DNA of 12,425 nt, taken from positions 1 to 12,425 of the forward strand of contig CAXTKV010000162.1 of assembly GCA_964244895.1 (NCBI GenBank), read 5' to 3'. The notes below the pieces were generated by a model. That model was not told the DNA's origin and did no database searches. It saw only the letters and a list, made by a program, of their open reading frames with translations. The stretch is from an uncultured Deinococcales bacterium (lineage in GTDB: Bacteria > Deinococcota > Deinococci > Deinococcales > JAAFIG01). The translations under genes were made by a program, and so were the position numbers. Below, piece after piece: positions 7,793 to 12,425 of the stretch. The first letter of the stretch is position 1; every line of letters begins with the position of its first letter.

Positions 7793-7826
7793 ACGAGCCC
7801 CGAGCGCGTTCTCGGGGCTCGTTTTT
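7793..7826 (+). terminator. Intrinsic terminator of the lipoprotein gene
   Basis: 12-bp stem ACGAGCCCCGAG / CTCGGGGCTCGT, 6-nt loop and a T-run, 18 nt after the stop. Confidence 0.85.
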
Positions 7827-7870
7827 CAGCTTGTTCGGTGCGCTCGAGAGTTGCGGTTCGAGTGATGCAA

Positions 7871-7918
7871 GAACACCGTCCAGGACGCGTTTATCAATAT
7901 GCGTGCGGGACGGTGTTC
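7871..7918. repeat. REP-like 48-bp palindrome
   Basis: GAACACCGTCC...GGACGGTGTTC between convergent genes, 30 nt past the ftsY stop. CTCGAG follows at 7918. Confidence 0.9.
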
Positions 7919-7948
7919 TCGAGCCTCAATCCGCCAGCGACGCACAGT

Positions 7949-8893
7949 TCAATCCGCGAGCAACGCGTCCACGAACTCTTTCGCATCGAACGGTTGCAGA
8001 TCGTCCGCGCTCTCACCGACGCCGATGAATTTCAAGGGCACACCCAACTCGCGCACGATCGGCACGACGATGCCGCCCTTGGCGGTGCCGTCCAGCTTGG
8101 TGACGATCACGCCCGTCAAGCCCACGGCCTCGTGGAATTTCTTGGCCTGTTCCAGACCGTTCTGGCCCGTGACCGCGTCCAGCACCAGCCAGATGTCGGC
8201 GGGTTCTTTTTCATCGGCTTTGGTGATGGTGCGTTTGACCTTCTTCAGTTCTTCCATCAGGTTGTGCTTGGTGTGCAACCGGCCCGCCGTGTCCACGAAC
8301 AGCAAGTCCGTGCCCCTGGCCTTGCGCGCGCTGGCCCCGTCGAAGGCGACGGCGGCGGGATCGCCACCGTCCGGGCCCTGAATCACCTCGATGCCCAACC
8401 GCTCGCCCCAGACGCCCAGTTGCGCGCCCGCTGCAGCGCGGAAGGTGTCGCCCGCCGCGAACATCACGCTCTGGCCTTTGGACTGGTAATACTGCCCGAG
8501 TTTCGCGATCGTGGTCGTCTTGCCGACCCCGTTGACGCCGACCATCAAAATCACGTGCCCTTTGGGTTCGACCGTGGATTTCTTAGCATCCGGCGTGAAG
8601 CCCGCCTTGCGGAGTTTCGCGCGGAACTGATCCGGCTCGAGCTGCACGGTCAGGGCGTTGGCTAAGGCTTCACCCAGTTTGCGTTGCCCGAGTTGCTTCA
8701 TCTGCTCGCGCACGTCGTCCAGGATTTCGGTCGCGTATTTCGCGCCGACATCCGCGCCGATCAGCGCGAACTCGAGTTCTTCGAGCGTCCACTCGCGGGC
8801 TTTCTCGTCCACTTCACTGCCCAGACCGACGGCTTGCGTGATCTGCGTGCGGGTTTTGGTCAATCCATCTCTCAGGCGTTGAAACCAGGACAT
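7949..8893 (-). CDS. ftsY: Signal recognition particle receptor FtsY (short NG-only form)
   Basis: GVNGVGKTTTIAKL, DTFRAAA, DTAGRLH, TKLDGTAKGG and GVGE..DDLQPFD motifs. Amphipathic N-terminus MSWFQRLRDGLTKTR. Confidence 0.97.
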   Translation of the reverse strand: MSWFQRLRDGLTKTRTQITQAVGLGSEVDEKAREWTLEELEFALIGADVGAKYATEILDDVREQMKQLGQRKLGEALANALTVQLEPDQFRAKLRKAGFTPDAKKSTVEPKGHVILMVGVNGVGKTTTIAKLGQYYQSKGQSVMFAAGDTFRAAAGAQLGVWGERLGIEVIQGPDGGDPAAVAFDGASARKARGTDLLFVDTAGRLHTKHNLMEELKKVKRTITKADEKEPADIWLVLDAVTGQNGLEQAKKFHEAVGLTGVIVTKLDGTAKGGIVVPIVRELGVPLKFIGVGESADDLQPFDAKEFVDALLAD

Positions 8894-9499
8894 TCAGTTT
8901 GCCTTTCTTCTCGTGCGGCGTTTTGGTGCTGGAAACGTGACGCCTTCAAACACGTCCTCGAGCGTTATCCGTGCGCCGATACACGGCGCGTCGAACGCGC
9001 CTGTTTCCTCGAGCAGGCGATACGTCCACGAATCCACGGCGCGTTCGTAGACTTCGACTGTTCGGCTGGTCTGGTGAACCAGGACGTAACGCTGAAGCGA
9101 TGGTGTTCGCAGGTACGTCTCGAATTTCTCGCCCCGGTCGATGTGTGTGGTGGATTTCGAGAGGATTTCGACGACCATGCAGGGGTTTTCTTCGATGCTC
9201 GGGTCACTCGATTCCGGGCCGCACACGATCATGAAATCCGGGTAGTAGTACCGGGTGCTCGAGAGGTGCGAAAGCCGCAGTTTCACAGCTTCAACGCGTG
9301 TGCGACACTTTTTCTTCCGAGCGAGCGGGCGTAATTTCTCGACGAAATTTTGCACGATGTCGTTATGTGCGCCCGTCGTACCGCTCATCAACCGCAACGC
9401 GCCGTCCACGAATTCGTGGCGCTCGCGGGAACGTTCCTCGAACGCGAGGTATTCCGCCTCGGTCATCAGGCGTTCCTCGGTTTTGCGTTGCGCGACCAT
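8894..9499 (-). CDS. Uma2 (DUF820) family putative restriction endonuclease, PD-(D/E)xK fold
   Basis: MTEAEYLAFE..RHEFVDG, HNDIVQN, YYPDFMIVC, PCMVVEILSKST and DRGEKFETY..LQRYVLV motifs. Confidence 0.92.
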   Translation of the reverse strand: MVAQRKTEERLMTEAEYLAFEERSRERHEFVDGALRLMSGTTGAHNDIVQNFVEKLRPLARKKKCRTRVEAVKLRLSHLSSTRYYYPDFMIVCGPESSDPSIEENPCMVVEILSKSTTHIDRGEKFETYLRTPSLQRYVLVHQTSRTVEVYERAVDSWTYRLLEETGAFDAPCIGARITLEDVFEGVTFPAPKRRTRRKAN

Positions 9500-9504
9500 G
9501 ATTC

Positions 9505-9510
9505 AGTCTA
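9505..9510 (-). promoter_or_regulatory. -10 element TAGACT, leaderless promoter of Uma2(-ftsY)
   Basis: GGG-TAGACT-GAATC-ATG with no SD. Confidence 0.7.
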
Positions 9511-9531
9511 CCCGCCTCGGGTTCGCTCGAG

Positions 9532-9579
9532 GAACACCGTCCCACACGCATTCTCGCATTCGCGTGCTGGACGGTGTTC
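9532..9579. repeat. REP-like 48-bp palindrome
   Basis: GAACACCGTCCCACACGCATTCTC|GCATTCGCGTGCTGGACGGTGTTC, 15 nt past the gltX stop. CTCGAG lies directly before it at 9526. Confidence 0.9.
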
Positions 9580-9594
9580 CTGGGTTGGCTCGGT

Positions 9595-11019
9595 TCAAGC
9601 GAGGGCTTTCTGGACGCGCTCGAGGCACTTCTCGCGCCCCAGAGTGAGCATCAATTCGTACATGCTGGGGCTCTCGAGCCGACCCGTCAATGCCGCGCGC
9701 AACGGCTGCATGACCGCGCCGAGTTTCACGCCTCTGGTTCCCGCGAAATCCTTGAACACGCCCTCGAGCGATTCGTGCGTCCAGGTGGGCAGCGCCTCGA
9801 GCACGGGTGCGAGTTCGCGCAACGTCCCGAGACTTTCCGCGAGCTTCTGCGCGGCTTTCTCCTCGAGCGCGGGTTCAGAAAAGAAGTACCGGGCTTTCTC
9901 GGGCAACTCGCCGAACAGGTTGAACCGCTCGCGCAGGACGTTCACCACGCTGGAAACGTACTCGCGGCTCGAGACATCGAAACCCGCCTTCTCGAGAAAT
10001 GGGATCGCACGGTTCACCACTTGCTCGAGGGTAAAGACTTCACGGATGTACTTGCCGTTCAACCACGTCAGTTTCTCGAGATCAAACACTGGCCCGCCCA
10101 GGCTGACGCGTTCCCACGAGAACTCTTTGGTCAGGTCGGGCACGCTGAAGACCTCGCGTCCGTCCGGCATGGAAAACGCCATCATCCCCACGTAGTTCAG
10201 CAACGCTTCGGGCGCGATGCCCATTTCGCGGTAGCTGTCCACGCTGGTGTTCGACTTGCGCTTGGACAGTTTCGATTTGTCCGGGTTGCGCAGCAATGGC
10301 GTGTGAATCCATTCGGGTTCCGCCCAGCCCATGGCCTGAATGATCAATTTGTGAATCGGCGTGCTGGTCAGCCATTCCTCGGCGCGGATGACGTGCGTGA
10401 CGCCCATGTCGTGATCGTCGCTCATGGCGGCCAGGTGGTACGTCGGGAAGCCGTCGGCTTTCAGCAAGACCTTATCGTCGAGTTCGGATGCCTTGAACGC
10501 GACCTGGCCGCGCAGGCGGTCGCGCACGATGACCTCGCCCTCGAGCGGCGCTTTCAGGCGAATCACGAACGGTTCACCCGCGCTGGCTCGAGCATCCGAT
10601 TCGGCTTTCGGCAGGTCGCGGTCGCGGCGGTCGTAGCCACGGTACGAATCCTTGCGGGCTTCAGACGCCTTGCGGCGCTCCTCGAGTTCTTGCGGCGTGT
10701 CGAAGGCGCGGTACGCCAGGCCGCGCTCGACCATTTCACTGGCGTACCGCTGGTGCGTCGCGGCGCGTTCAGTCTGGATGTACGGCGCGCTCGGGCCGCC
10801 CTTTTCCGGCGATTCGTCCGGTGGCAACCCCAGCCATTCGAGCATCTCCAGGATGCGGCGCTGCGATTCCGGGTTGTACCTGGCGCGATCCGTGTCCTCG
10901 ATGCGGACGATAAAGTGTCCGTTGTTCTGCTTCGCAAAAACGTAATTGTAGAGCGCCTGGTAGGCCGTGCCGACGTGCGGGTCGCCCGTCGGTGACGGCG
11001 CGATTCGTGTTTTCACCAT
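9595..11019 (-). CDS. gltX: Glutamate--tRNA ligase, 474 aa
   Basis: Start MVKTRIAPSPTGDPHVGT (HIGH variant), RIEDTD, PTYHLA, VIRAEEWL and KLSKR. YRAFDT replaces the zinc-binding Cys motif, as in Thermus GluRS. AGGGG SD 7 nt upstream. Confidence 0.97.
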   Translation of the reverse strand: MVKTRIAPSPTGDPHVGTAYQALYNYVFAKQNNGHFIVRIEDTDRARYNPESQRRILEMLEWLGLPPDESPEKGGPSAPYIQTERAATHQRYASEMVERGLAYRAFDTPQELEERRKASEARKDSYRGYDRRDRDLPKAESDARASAGEPFVIRLKAPLEGEVIVRDRLRGQVAFKASELDDKVLLKADGFPTYHLAAMSDDHDMGVTHVIRAEEWLTSTPIHKLIIQAMGWAEPEWIHTPLLRNPDKSKLSKRKSNTSVDSYREMGIAPEALLNYVGMMAFSMPDGREVFSVPDLTKEFSWERVSLGGPVFDLEKLTWLNGKYIREVFTLEQVVNRAIPFLEKAGFDVSSREYVSSVVNVLRERFNLFGELPEKARYFFSEPALEEKAAQKLAESLGTLRELAPVLEALPTWTHESLEGVFKDFAGTRGVKLGAVMQPLRAALTGRLESPSMYELMLTLGREKCLERVQKALA

Positions 11020-11036
11020 TGGGTACCCCTGTTCAT
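11013..11036 (-). CDS. Putative leaderless 7-aa leader peptide MNRGTQW overlapping the gltX start
   Basis: TACAAT-N7-ATG AAC AGG GGT ACC CAA TGG TGA, with a 7-nt overlap (ATGGTGA) on gltX. Confidence 0.45.
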   Translation of the reverse strand: MNRGTQW

Positions 11037-11043
11037 CCGCGCG

Positions 11044-11049
11044 ATTGTA
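11044..11049 (-). promoter_or_regulatory. -10 element TACAAT of gltX
   Basis: Near-consensus -10 box 24 nt upstream of the gltX ATG. Confidence 0.7.
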
Positions 11050-11230
11050 CGCCCCTCTGGGGCTGTTCGCGCGGATTTGCGGCTGAATTTTGGGTCTCGA
11101 GACCGGTCGAGACGCGCTCGAACCTTCAGGCTCGAGGTTCGGGGAACCCAAGAACGGGCAGGGGAGAGGTCATGCGCAAAGCGTAAATCCTGCTTTCCAC
11201 ACGCGCATCCGCTGTGTGGCCTGTCCCCGA

Positions 11231-11278
11231 GAACACAGTCCTGCACGTAGTCTCGAGAATGCGTCCAGGACGGTGTTT
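11231..11278. repeat. REP-like 48-bp palindrome with intact central CTCGAG
   Basis: GAACACAGTCCTGCACGTAGTCTC|GAGAATGCGTCCAGGACGGTGTTT. Its last two bases overlap the uppP TAA stop. Confidence 0.88.
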
Positions 11279-12116
11279 ACGCGTTCGGCACGGCCCCGGA
11301 GAACACCAGCGCCAGCACCAGCACGCCCGCCACGATGCGGTAGACCGCGAACGGTTTGAAATCGTTGCGCGACACGTAACGCAGCAACCAGCCCACCACC
11401 ACAAGCGCGCACAGGAACGACACGACCGTGCCCAGAATCAATGCTGGAGCGCCACCGGGCAGGCTCGAGAGCACGTCGCGGGCTTTGTAGAGCTTGTACA
11501 GGCCAGCCAAGCCCAGAATCGGCAAGCCCAGGTAAAAAGAGAAGGTCGTGGCTGTGACGCGGTTCAACCCGACCAGCCAACCGCCGACGATGCTCGCGCC
11601 GGAACGGGACGTGCCGGGAAAGATCACGGCCAGCGTCTGCGCCAACCCGATCCAGAGCGCCTGGACTGGCGTGATCGCGTCCAGATTCGGCTCGAGCGGT
11701 TCGGGGTCGTGGTTGCCCTGGGCGCGCATCGTCTCGAGCCACCACAAAAGCGCGCCACCGACGATCAAGGCCAGCCCGATCACGGTCAGCGTCTCGAATC
11801 GCGTGCCGAAGATTTTTTCCCACACCAGCGCGATCACGGCGGCGGGAACGGTGGCGATCACCAGGTTCAACCAGAAGCGCAACGCTTCGGGTTTGCCCTG
11901 AAACAGCGCCACGATGCGGTTGAGCAGATCCACGCGGTAGAACCACACGACCGCCAGGATCGCGCCGATCTGAATCACGACCGTGAAGGTGAAGGCCACG
12001 TCCTTGAAGCCCAGCAGGTTCTCTGCGACCTTCAGGTGACCGGTGCTGGAAATCGGCAGGAATTCCGTGACGCCTTCGACGATGCCGAGGATGATGGCTT
12101 GAATGATGGCGATCAT
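11277..12116 (-). CDS. uppP: Undecaprenyl-diphosphatase UppP/BacA, 279 aa
   Basis: ILGIVEGVTEFLPISSTGHL, IQIGAILAV, PGTSRSGASI and FAVYRI motifs. GGGGA lies upstream of ATG 12116. Confidence 0.96.
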   Translation of the reverse strand: MIAIIQAIILGIVEGVTEFLPISSTGHLKVAENLLGFKDVAFTFTVVIQIGAILAVVWFYRVDLLNRIVALFQGKPEALRFWLNLVIATVPAAVIALVWEKIFGTRFETLTVIGLALIVGGALLWWLETMRAQGNHDPEPLEPNLDAITPVQALWIGLAQTLAVIFPGTSRSGASIVGGWLVGLNRVTATTFSFYLGLPILGLAGLYKLYKARDVLSSLPGGAPALILGTVVSFLCALVVVGWLLRYVSRNDFKPFAVYRIVAGVLVLALVFSGAVPNA

Positions 12117-12165
12117 GGGTTGATCCCCGAGTAAGCGGTCTGGAGTGGTGTCTTCACAAGCATTC

Positions 12166-12199
12166 ACCATACCGTGAGCGATGTGAAGCCGACGTGAAG
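12166..12199 (-). promoter_or_regulatory. uppP promoter: TATGGT -10 box with an upstream 11-bp direct repeat (OmpR/PhoB-type site candidate)
   Basis: Minus strand reads CTTCACGTCGG CTTCACATCGC TCACGG TATGGT. Confidence 0.45.
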
Positions 12200-12296
12200 G
12201 CCGCGTCGGGTTTGGTGGCCTGAAGCTTCTCGAGCATCGTTCGAGTCTCGAGAAGACCGCGCCTAACGGCGGTTTCTCAACCTGGACGGGCCGGTA

Positions 12297-12425
12297 TCAA
12301 TCGGTGATTTCCAGGATGCTCTCGATCTCGACCGGGATGCCCCACGGCAATTCCACCACGCCGACCGCGCTGCGGGCGTGCAAGCCGCGATCCTCGCCGT
12401 ACACGCTCACGATCAGATCCGCGAA
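12297..12425 (-). CDS. RidA/YjgF/YER057c/UK114 family protein, C-terminal part (cut by the window edge)
   Basis: Manual translation gives FADLIVSVYGEDRGLHARSAVGVVELPWGIPVEIESILEITD*, containing the HARSAVG..LP...PVEIE signature. Confidence 0.88.
   Translation of the reverse strand, partial: FADLIVSVYGEDRGLHARSAVGVVELPWGIPVEIESILEITD

Noticed and set aside
1863..10995. Long antisense or alternate-frame ORFs (1863..2978, 3458..5095, 6818..7768, 7838..8665, 9574..10995)
   Set aside because: These are typical stop-poor shadows of GC-rich genes with no recognisable motifs.
11020..11151. N-terminal extension of gltX (518-aa ORF)
   Set aside because: Homology begins at MVKTRIAPSPTG. An SD and a TACAAT box lie within the extension.
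11050..11230. T-box or riboswitch upstream of gltX
   Set aside because: There is no T-box consensus or terminator T-run, and the likely promoter lies downstream of this region.

Overview
GC-rich window, most likely from a Deinococcota bacterium (inferred from a Thermus-like GluRS, a short FtsY and TAnnnT-N5-7-ATG leaderless starts). The left part is a surface-polysaccharide locus on the minus strand: an O-antigen ligase/Wzy-like gene, then a coupled lhgO-like oxidase, NAD-dependent epimerase/dehydratase and RmlC-like epimerase. The middle holds a patatin N-terminal remnant, two coupled hypothetical genes and a divergent four-domain DUF5666-like lipoprotein. The right part is housekeeping: partial RidA-family gene, uppP, gltX, a Uma2 endonuclease and ftsY. 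The most interesting signals are outside the annotated genes. (1) CTCGAG occurs about 54 times by hand count, against about 4 expected, like a highly iterated palindrome. (2) A dispersed 48-bp REP-like palindrome family sits mostly at gene 3' ends, and its consensus is centred on CTCGAG. (3) Tiny upstream ORFs have stop codons overlapping the next start, including a two-step relay in front of lhgO and a 7-aa leader in front of gltX. (4) An OmpR/PhoB-like 11-bp direct repeat lies upstream of uppP. Family calls come from motif recognition only; no database search was run.
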